Positions 11,159-24,211 of a stretch of 64,000 bases of DNA are shown in pieces. The stretch spans positions 11,532,001-11,596,000 of the forward strand of contig OZ059899.1 in NCBI GenBank assembly GCA_964057225.1, read 5' to 3'. Both the position numbers and the translations under genes were made by a program. Position 1 is the first letter of the stretch, and each line of letters starts with the position of its first letter. This stretch comes from Auanema rhodensis. Its lineage: Eukaryota > Animalia > Nematoda. The notes below the pieces were generated by a model, which ran no database searches, had not been told where the DNA came from, and saw only the letters and a program-made list of their open reading frames with translations.

Positions 11159-12479
11159 ATGACTATGCTTTTGAAGTTATATGACGACGTTGTATTAGTA
11201 TTCCTATATAATTTTGTTTTTATATATTTTATTATAAAAACATTTGTTTTTATTCCGGTAAGCTTATTATGTTTTAAAGATAGATTAATTTGGTTATCTT
11301 TAAATTTTTCTAGAACCTCGTAGCTATTCAAGAGGATCCTTATGTGTCAGGTGATTTCTTCAGATCTTTAGCAAGCATAGTTGTATATGATAACAAGCAA
11401 GCTCGGAAACTACAGACAGTAATTTATTTTTTAAATCCAATTAGGAGCTCCGATTTCACTATTTTCACATATCGTCTCTTTTCAGACTTATGAAATACAA
11501 AATGGCTCCATAATCTTCATTCAACCTTCATTGCTTTGGGCTATGGAAGCATTTCAAAAACGTAACAAGCATTCATATATACTTCTTACACATGACGATG
11601 ATCTTTCTGTGCCATCGTCTTACACTAATATTTTAAAGTATTAAGCAACTAAAAAACAATAATGTTAGAAGTCAAAATTCAGTGATAAATACCTAATAAG
11701 ATGGTTCGGTCAAAATATCGATATGTATCATCCAAAGTTAGAAGGGATTCCCATTGGAATAGCAAATCATCATTGGGTTCATGGAAATCAAAGGCGTTTG
11801 ATAAATATACAAAAACATAAAATGTAATATACTTGAAATAGTAAACTGAAAAGCGGTTATTTTATTCTTTAGGAATTTCACAGAACGTTTTCATGGATTG
11901 TTTGTAGGATACATGGCAGCCACAGACACCAAGAGAATGCCACTGAAAAACCATTTTTGTTCGGAATCGAATGACTGGACCTTTTGCGTGTACGTCGTTA
12001 AAGTTCAGCAGTATCAATTCGAAAGCTTTCCAGGGAAAGACGTACCTCTGTACAAGAATACCTGATCAAGATAGCTACTGTGCAATTTGTTTTGTCGCCT
12101 AGAGGGAATGGCTTAGATTGTCACAGAACGTATGTTGATCACATAAATTTTATTCTATCCTTTAAACTGTTTTGCAATAATTCTGATTTCAGTTGGGAAT
12201 CTATTGCAATGGGAGCAATTCCAGTTGTTGAGAGTAGTACCTTAGATCCAATGCTAGAAACAGAAAATGTGCTTATCATCAACTCCTTTTTGAATGTTAG
12301 CTTTTTTTCGTTTTTAGAAAATTGCGTATGATGACAACTGAAAAAATTTGCTTTAGATGACCAAAAAAACTCTGATGGATGCAGCAAAAGACTTTCAAGA
12401 TAAGCCACGGCCTAATCGAAAGCTGTATAGAAACTACTGGCGAAGAAGAATTAGAAGTTTTCAAATTGTAACTGGATAA
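11159..12479 (+). CDS. Exostosin/GT47-like glycosyltransferase with N-terminal signal anchor, about 8 exons
   Basis: Spliced product MTMLLKLYDDVVLVFLYNFVFIYFII..DPYVSGDFFRSLA..YILLTHDDDLSVP..RWFGQNIDMYHPKLEGIPIGIAN..FVLSPRGNGLDCHRTWESIAMGAIPVV..KLYRNYWRRRI. Confidence 0.85.
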
Positions 12480-12666
12480 TCAATTGTGCTTATTATCAGT
12501 AATTAATTTTCTCAATAATAATACTTGTTTTAGTTGTTGAAAGGATAGCGTGCTCTATTGTCAATTTTATTAGTTTATTAAAAGATGATTATTCATACTG
12601 AAAATTAACAAGATTTTTAAAATTTGTTTTTAATATTGTAGGTTTTAAATGTTAAACTAAAAGCTA

Positions 12667-14166
12667 ATGGACGTCCCCATTATTATTCACAATAGGATTA
12701 ACCATAGTAGAATACAAACACATGTCGAAATAAAAGAAGACGATACTGTAATTAACAAAGTTGAAACTCGTTTTATTAAAAAATTTAACATAGATTGGAA
12801 CTGTGGAACAGCGTTTATCCGATAAGATTAAAATACCTCATGATCAATTGAATATTTTGCTTTGTGGAAAAGTACTAGAGCAAAATACGTCAATTAAAGA
12901 CTTGTTGCTCGGCCCTACTACGCAAGTTTACTGAATCTGGATAATTAGCACATTTTAAAACGTTTAGTTGTCTTGTCGCACTTGCTATAGAACAGAAAAA
13001 GGATTCAACTTTGAAAAGTGAATCGTTGGTTCGTTCTACACCTGCTATAGGATCTTTCTATGTATGGTGCAAGACTTGTTCTGATATACAAAGAGGAAAA
13101 CTTCGTGTATTTTGTCTTTCCTGCAATTCTACAGCTGTAGTTGTTGAATCCGATCCTACTGGATGGGACGATGTTCTAAAGAGGTAAAATAAATTTTTAT
13201 AAGCCAATTTAAAACAATGCTTGTTTTAGTAAGCGTATTCGAGTATACTGTGAAGAATGTGACGAGCAAAGATATGCTTCTTTCAAATTTAAATGTGTTT
13301 CATGTAGTGAAGTTGACTTATATTATCGTAACAAATCTTATAAGTAGGTTTGCAGACTTGTGCTCCATTAAGCCAAATTCGTGGAAATTGGGACAAGTCT
13401 GAATGTTGCATATGCTTAGACGATAGTCAGCTTTTTGTCTTTGATTTCGGATGCAATCACTCGATTTGTCGATCCTGTTTCTTAGAGTATTCTACTTCTT
13501 GTCTTAAAGAATCTAAATTCTTATTTCAACATCCTTTTGGTTACACTTTATCCTGCCCTAGCCTTAATTGTAATCGTTAGTATCATATTCCTCAACAAAT
13601 TCGAAAAATGTGAACTTCAGAATGCCTGAGAGATGTTCATCATTTACGCATTATGGGGTCGGAAAAGTACAAACAATACCAGTGTATCGCTACAGAAAAA
13701 TTAATTGCTTTGGATGAGCAAGGTAGCTTAAATACATTTATGGCGAAATATAGAGTATATTTCTAGGATTTTTTTGTCCATATCCTAACTGTGGTTACTC
13801 GTTTATTTGGGAAAACAGTGAGGGGCGTATGATATCTTGCCCCGAATGTCTGAAACAATTTTGCAGGTTTGATGATGGCTAATATCATTACTGATTAAAA
13901 TATTTAAAGGATTTGTATAGAAATAGAATGTATTTGCTTTTCTGAAGATACAACCAAAGAAACAATAGCAGCTACCACCAAGTCGGTTCTTTCTTAATAA
14001 TAATGACTCTTGAATTTGTTCCAGGAAATGTCCCGGCTGCGACAGTAACACTGAGCGCAGTGGAGGATGTGCTCACATGCAATGTACATCTTGTAAGCTA
14101 CACTGGTGTTACAGATGTGTGAAACCTTGGACAGAAGAATGTCAATTTGATCACTGGTTTGATTGA
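12667..14166 (+). CDS. pdr-1: Parkin RBR E3 ubiquitin ligase
   Basis: Ubl domain, RING0 GSFYVWCKTCSDIQRGKLRVFC, RING1 CCICLDD..GCNHSICRSC, RING2 KCPGCDSNTERSGGCAHMQC..WCYRCVKPWTEECQFDHWFD*. Confidence 0.95.
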
Positions 14167-14309
14167 ATTTCATTTTTTACCTTTTGCTCAAATATTTCTT
14201 ATATATATGTAAAAAAGTTTTATAACAACATTTAATTTTAACAATAAAAGTGGGTAACAGTGAAAATCAACAATAACAATTTTGAAACAACATCGTTAAT
14301 TAAACGGCC

Positions 14310-16389
14310 TTATGCAGAAGTTGTTTTCTTTTGTTTCTCGATTGTAGCCCTTTTTGTTTTTAGCTTTAAGGCTTCATTTCTATTTCTCTTCATAGTAGTC
14401 TTCATACTATGATATACACGTTGATGCTTCTTAGGGATCATCATTTCTCTCATCTTATTCTCAGCTCCCTATAAATTATTGATTACTACATCATTAAGTT
14501 TACTAGTTTACCTTCTGGTTCAACTCAAGTTGCTTGTTCTTCTTGTGCATCTTTCCTAATTCCGCGCGCATGCCCTTAACTTCTTCCTTAGTTTCCTTGA
14601 CCTTCTTCTTAGTGTTAGTGTTAGCAACAGAAGGCTCACTTGATACCAAAGATTCAACATCTATAACATAAAATAAATAATGCACAGTTGAAAAAATGAT
14701 AACCTTTTCCAAGACTGCGGAGTTCTTCGAGACGTTCAATCGGAATATAGTCTCCTGGTTTCTCCTTGGTGAATGGAGAGAAATGTGGAGGCAAAGCAAC
14801 TCCTGGCATGTATCTGAACATATATATTTAATGCAATGTTTATACGAAAGTCCTCACTTATCTAGGGGGAGTTTTCTTCTTGCGTTTAAAGAATCAAATA
14901 TCCATTGAGGTTGGACGTATTTTCTGAATAAAATAATATTTTTTTGAATAAGGAAAATAAATAAACCTGTTAACATCAATATTCTGGAGTGGACGATCAA
15001 TGATCTGATGGGTGATGGAACGATTCGTAAGGTCAATTGGATTAGGTCCGTCTTCCCATCCAACAGTGCCACCACTATTGCGGATAATAAGAGTTAAGGC
15101 TTCCCTTGGAACTTCACGATTCAAATAGAATACACATCCTTTGAACAAATTTCTGAGATAAAATGTTGTATTATGATAATACACCAACAAATTACTTGAT
15201 TGATTTGATTTCTTGTAGTTTCTCGGCAAGGGCATTATCCTCATCATCAAACAATTCAAGCTGTTCCTCATCAGTTCTTTCTTCATGATCTGATCGCTTA
15301 GCAATTGGCTTGGCCAAGCTATAGATTTTCTCAATAATCTCCTCATCGTCACCTACAGTTAAACTTAATTTAAAATTTTCATACAGCAATGAAACCTTCT
15401 ACTGTTGTACTTCCAGTTTGAATTTGTGGTGGATAATGCAATCCAGTCATAGAGAAAAGTCTAAAGTTAACAAATCCAAGCATAGCTACATAAAATTCAG
15501 CAAATGTGACCTGAAGATGTTTAATATTAATAATGATATTCAGATATATCTCACCATAACAGAAAAATCTACATCAGTAACATGTGGCAAACCTCTATCG
15601 TGAGGTACAAGCCATGTAATTTTTTCACCACAAATTTCAGCTTGGTAGTAGATACCCTAAAAAGAAATGAGAATGCAAGTAAAGAAAAATATGAATAATA
15701 CCTTGATAGATATAAATACATTTCTTAAAGACTGAGACTCGATAATATAGTGCATAAACTCGGCAGTTAAACGGCGGCAATCAGAAATGAGGTCTTCTTT
15801 CAAAAGTTTAGTATGTGGAAGCGTTGAAAACACAAAACACAACGAGAGAGCATCGTCTAAGTCGCGTAGAGCAGAAGCAAAAGTAGGATATCTAAAAGGA
15901 TTTTATTTTCTTCAACAGAACAAAAAACTAACCTTTCCTTGACAATACGGTCAAGATTATACACTGGCTTCTGATTATACAGATTTTTCACCTTGGACTC
16001 CTCTTTTTTAGCTTTAAAGTGATTAAGTTTGCGGAGAAAAACCTAAAAAAAAATGAATTTGTTTGGAAAATGGCAGAAATAATAACCTTATATTCTCGGA
16101 ATTTATTAATAATAGGCTCATGAGCAAGAAAGTTGATGTCTTTTCTGAAATAGAAAACTCTGCTTTCAGTGGAACCCTTGTTGGCCTTCTTCTTATGTGC
16201 AGGCTCATGAGGATAGATACCCTGAACAAAGCTAAAATGAGCAAAAAAAGTTTACATTCAAACTACCTTTAATATGCATAATCTTCTAAAATCTTTCAAA
16301 GACAGCTGTAGCTTTTTAATGGCTTGTCTGCGTGAAATATAATTAACAGCAGCTCCTGCCTCATATTTTGGCTTAACTCGTACCTTCAT
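14310..16389 (-). CDS. lpd-7: Pescadillo/NOP7 (PES1) ribosome biogenesis factor
   Basis: [88 protein letters not shown]. Confidence 0.96.
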
Positions 16390-16889
16390 CCTTGAAACAA
16401 AAATATTTTATTACTACATCAAAACGGAATATTAAACAAAAGCATTTAATTATGAAAATAACAAAACTTCGTATAATTTACGTAAAAAATTTTAAAATTT
16501 CAAGAGTTGTTGTTTTGGTATACATAATTATGGGCGTGGCTACTATTGAAACCGGGGCGCAGTCTATTTTTCCCCTTTAAGACCCTTTTCCTGTTGCAAT
16601 GAGGCTGCACATCAACTCTATTAAACACGTTGATACGCAACTGTTCAATTTTCATTTAGAAATTTTAAGTTTTCGCCATGTTCCAGAGTTTTGTGTTGTT
16701 ACTCTTCTTATTAGTTTTTACGCTTAAAACTGTGTATTTTGATGCAATATGTGTCGAGTAGCTTGGTATTAAGAGTTTAGAGCTGTATAAGATTGTCATT
16801 ATGCATTACATTTTAATTAAGCCTTGTTTTTAATTTGCTTGGAAAATGTTCTCATTTTATATTTACTCATTCGAGCTATTCAGGTAATC

Positions 16890-17593
16890 ATGAAGGTCGT
16901 CGAATCTGTCGACAAAGTAGTCTTCCCAGACAATGTCTCCTTCACCGTAAAGAACCGTATCGTTCGCGTTAAGGGACCAAGAGGAGAGCTTGTCCGTGAC
17001 TTCCGTCACCTTCATATGGAGGTAATATTTATAGATATAATATTTATATTCTAAATATTATTTATAGATGGAGCGTTCTGGAAAGAATACCCTCCGTATC
17101 CGCAAGTGGTTCGGTAACCGCAAGGAAATTGCTGCTATCCGTACTTGCTGCTCTCATGTTAATAACATGGTTAAGGGAGTCACCCTTGGATACCGTTACA
17201 AGATGCGTTCCGTATACGCCCATTTCCCCATTAATGTAACCCTTCAAGATGGAAACCGTACCGTTGAGGTATATTTTGTCTTTTTTTCTTCTGTTATTGA
17301 AAAAGTTTAGATCAGAAATTTCCTCGGAGAGAAGATCATCCGTAAAGTCCCACTCCCAGATGGTGTTACTGCCGTTATCTCCACCGCCCAAAAGGACGAA
17401 TTGATTGTCGAGGGTAACGACATTCAGAAAGTCTCTCAAGCTGGTAAGCACAAATTTTTTTTTCACAGGTTTTATATTGAATATTATAGCTGCTCGCATC
17501 CAACAGTCCACCACTGTTAAGGAGAAGGATATCCGTAAGTTCCTTGACGGTATCTACGTTTCTGAGAAGACCACCATTGTTCAAACAGACTAA
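16890..17593 (+). CDS. rpl-9: 60S ribosomal protein L9 (uL6)
   Basis: [46 protein letters not shown]. Confidence 0.98.
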
Positions 17594-17663
17594 GTATTTA
17601 CCTCGTTGTTGATAAATTTGTTATTATCAAATTTTTATTGTTACATTACATTGAAATACGTAT

Positions 17664-19646
<1,983 letters not shown>

Positions 19647-21663
19647 ATTTCAATAAGTTTCTTTCTTAAAATTTAGTAGATGAAAAAAAAGTATAATGAT
19701 CAAAAAAATGATAACTGAATGATTGAGATGTATTTAAAGGGGTGAAATCAAAGTGATAGCAGTGTTTGATATAATGAGGTTAAAGTGAGAAGATAAGATC
19801 AACTATTAACTTTCTTGGAAGTCATGTTAAAAGAAAACATTGATATTTTATGGATATAGTTCATTAGACGAAAAACAGACAAATAGATAAGAATAGAAGG
19901 TGATAACAAGATAACCCGAAAACAAATTTGGTTACCATAAGCTGGCAAAAAAGCTACATAATCTTTATCTTGCAAAATATTTAAAAATGTTTTAGAACTT
20001 TGAAGGCTGAATACAGCATACAGCTATCAGAGCTTAACTAACTTGTAATATATCTCTAGTCTTTAACAAAAAAAAGTCATTGTCATCATCACTATAGAGA
20101 AGAGAGATCAAAATTTCAAAAAAAAACATAAGATAGGATAACGTGACATGATGCTATGTTACATGATGATACCTCGCTGTGAAGAAAAAATGCGAAGAAA
20201 TCTTTGAAAAAATTGGGCAGAAATGCAAAATGATAGATAAAGTAAGAAAATAGCATAAGAGAATTGAATGAGGCGCATCATACGATCAACAACTGTCTAA
20301 CAAACGGTGATTTTTTATATAGAAAATGAGCAGTAAGCCAGAGGTCAGTCTAGTGTAATGGCAAGGGCATAAAAAGCAGATGAATCTAACTTGAACAGTC
20401 ATCAGCTCAGAGTTTCTTATCATCTCTTTTCTCTCCTTTACTATTGTTGAGGATAAAAATTGCAGAAAGAAGAAGACAAAGTAATTGATTTCCACACTTT
20501 AAGTATATGCTTTTTCTTGCAAATAAATTCAGACTGCTTCTGTTTTCCGAAACAATTGAAACTGAAGTAGGAACAAAAAAAATACTTTGAAAACATATAA
20601 AATGGATTATTTTGCTTAGCAAATTTGTTATTATACACCAGTCACAGTCTAAAGTTGAACATGTGATATTCATAACTGGATGAATCGAATGAAAGTAAAA
20701 AAACCAAAATATCATGATGATAGTTTGTATTTCCTAAAAAGATGTGTATTAATATTTGTTTGATTCATTAAAAAATAAATTTCTATCATTTCAACCATTG
20801 GGCAACGTAGAAGTTAGAGTTTGTACATCTTATTGTAATCAAGTACTCCAAAGAAAACTCAGTTAAATTTAATCTGAACTATTCATTATTATCAGTTGCA
20901 TATGATTTATTTTGCAGCGTATTATTTACATTATTTCACTTTCCTTATTCTATTTTTAACAATTTTATATTTAATCTTGTTCATTTCAGGTCATAGCTTT
21001 TAATAAATTGAAAAATTGATTATTTGATAAGCTAAATTTATTTAAAATGGAAAAATCATAAAACTAATTTAGCAAATGCGATGAGAGAAATTAATGTCTA
21101 AAATTTTTTGCACTAGTTATACTTTTTGAGTTGAATTTTTTTAAAAATTCAACAGCCTCCATGCAAAAAAAACTTAAAAAAAAAACAATATTTTGCCACC
21201 ATCACAGTTTTTAATACGATAGTAATTTCAATCATAATTATATGTAAAATTATATTCATATTATATATGAGTAGGAAACTATTGTTCCTTTCCAATTGAG
21301 ATCGTGAACATTCCCTCGAGATTCAGAAAACAAAAATTTTTAAAATTGCTAATGCTCATCTTAAACGGCTATGTATTTCCTTAAAATGTTAATAAGACCT
21401 AATAGCATTTCACACTGCCTAAGGATATGGATAACTGGAAAACATTTACTATTAGTGCAAATCTTAAAAATCAGTTGAAACGAAATTATACATCCTCACT
21501 GTCATTCTCACTGCTTAATAAATTTCTCAATAATTTGAGTATAAAGTATTTATATATTTTAAACACTAGACAATCATTTGTATTAAAAAGTGTAAAAAAC
21601 CTGATACACCCCTACATAGAAATGCATTTAGACTAAGAACAGCGAGATCGAATCATGAATAAT

Positions 21664-22960
21664 TTATATCTTTTTTGTTTTTGAAAGACTGTCATAAACA
21701 GAAAAAGCTTGAGCAACCATTGAACTAGGATCACTTAAGTTAGCAGGTAAAACAACTGTGTTTGAAGTTTTTGCTAGATTTCCGAAAGCATGCACATATT
21801 GTTCAGCAATAGCTAATGTAGCAGCATTATTACCTTCCTGAAAAACGAGAAATTTTATATTGAAAAACAAAACATTGTTACCTCCTCTCTAAGAGCTGAA
21901 GCAATGTGTTCAATCGCTTTAGCACGTGCTTCAGCATTGATCCTTAAAGCCTCCGCTTGACCACGAGCAACATTAATCTAGGATTTTCATAAAATACCAG
22001 CACTTTTCACCAATGTACCTGCTCAGCTTCCTTTGCCTCAGAAGCAAGAATAGCAGATTGCTTCTCTCCTTCAGCACGATTTATCGCAGCAACTCTGTGG
22101 CCTTCGGATTCAAGGATTGCGGCCCTCTTTTTTCGTTCAGCTTCAACTTGCATTTGCATAGCTTCTTGAATCTTCACTGGCATATGCATATCACCTAAAC
22201 CAAAACCAATTGTGAATCTAATATCCGTTAAACATACGTATTTCATATCTCATACAAGTGATACCCCAAGGCTCCGCAGCTTTATTAATAGCAGAAACGA
22301 TAGCAAAATTTAACTGCTCTCTCTCTTTGAAAACAGTATCGAGACTAATTTTTCCTACCTGTAATGTTTCATTTAATGTTAAAATTTACGAGAACTAACT
22401 TCAGAACGCATGGTTGTTTGTGCCAATTGCGTTACAGCGAATTCTGGATCATCAACACCATAAGATGCCTTAAAAACTACTTGAAAAAAAATATCGAATC
22501 TTTCAGTCACCTTATAGGGATCAAATACTCGAAGATACAAAACACCATCTAGCTGAACCTGTACGTTATCTAGAGTAATAGCCCCTTGCTGAGGTATTTC
22601 AATAGCAATTTCCTTCAAGCTTTGAACAAATTTGATTCTATCTATAACAGGTATAAGAAAATTGATACCCTGAAATGTACAATTTTAATCCATGATTCTG
22701 TGTTTTTGTAAAAAATTACCGGTTCAAGAATCTTATAGAACTTTCCCATTCTCTCAACAACCCAGGCTTCCTGTTGTGGAACGAAATTGACGACAGTATT
22801 TGTTGCATGAGATTCTCGGACATTTTGAACAGCAGGAGCTAATGATCTGTAAAATTCTTCGAAATCACACATGTATCTTATGCCATGAAATATTATATTT
22901 AAACCTTGAATTGAGTAGCACCTTGTTTATACTGTTCAACCTTCCTAGTGACAACGACAT
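21664..22960 (-). CDS. stl-1: Stomatin-like protein 2 (STOML2, mitochondrial SPFH)
   Basis: FVPQQEAWVVERMGKF, AVTQLAQTTMRSEVGK, MQMQVEAERKKRAAILESEG, AEQYVHAFGNLAK. Confidence 0.96.
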
Positions 22961-23223
22961 TCTGCAAAGTTATGATTAAATAACAATTTTAATTTAAGAA
23001 GTTTAGCATATTAAAAAATAATGATAAAAACTTCTACTTCAACTGAAAATTTATATGCAATTGCATTATCAACAAATATATTCATGCGTACATATTTTCG
23101 ATTAGACGATTTTTAACTTTTCTTAAAGTTAGATTAAGATAATATTTTTATATTTCTGCTTATAATCATTTCCCTTTGTTCTGTTAAATAATTCTTTATT
23201 TTTCAATTTCAAATTTTTAGCTA

Positions 23224-24180
23224 ATGGGTAAAGTTAAAAAAACAGCGAAGTTTGCTACCCGTATTGCAACTGGTAAGCTGATCAAGAAAACTGATAATAG
23301 AATGTAAGCTATTTCAATGCCCCATACAGATTCATTATATAACACTTTGGTTGTGGAGTTGTGGATATGAATCCTCTTTTTAAAATTGTAAATGAATATT
23401 TTTGTAGAAAAGAGGAAAATCGAGTGGTTCGTCCAAAAAAGGAAGATGAAAATGCTGTTAAACTCATCGAAGCGTTAGTTTGATTTTGTAGTTTTTTTAT
23501 TTTCTTTCTTTTTAGTCCTAAGATCTCATCAGCTATGTTTATGAAGTTCAACACTCAACTTGGTCCTCCTTTCCATGTGTTGATAGATACCAACTTTGTA
23601 AATTTCGCTGTTAAAAACAGAATGGATGTCATGACAGGATTTATGGACTGTTTGTATGCGAAAAGTAAGTTGAAACAATTTAAAAAAAAATATGTTTGAT
23701 GTTTAGCTATTCCTTATGTTACTGATTGCGTTATGGCTGAATTAGAAAAAGCCGGAAGGAGATTCAAGATAGCTTTGAAAGTTGTTAAAGATCCCCGATT
23801 TCAACGCTTAAAGTGCGATCATAAAGGAACATATGCTGATGACTGCCTTGTACAAAGAGTTACTCAGGTAAATAGAAATCTTTATTACAGTAAATATTTA
23901 ACATAACTATTTATTACTGAACTTAATTCAAATCCTGTTCTCATAATTCATGACAAGAAAATTTTTTATATGAAATAAAAGCTAAAAATTGAATGTTTAT
24001 ATGATGAGTATCCTGGTTTTATTTGGCATTTTACAGCATAAATGTTATATTGTGGCAACGTGTGATCGAGACCTGAAAAGAAGAATTAGAAAAATTCCTG
24101 GAGTTCCAATCATGTATATAGCTGGCCACAGATTTTCGATCGAAAGAATGCCGGATGCTTTTGGGGCCCCGCAAAATTAG
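23224..24180 (+). CDS. FCF1: rRNA-processing PIN nuclease FCF1/UTP24
   Basis: [66 protein letters not shown]. Confidence 0.96.
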
Positions 24181-24211
24181 TAAAATTATAAATTACCAGT
24201 TTTGTTTCCTA

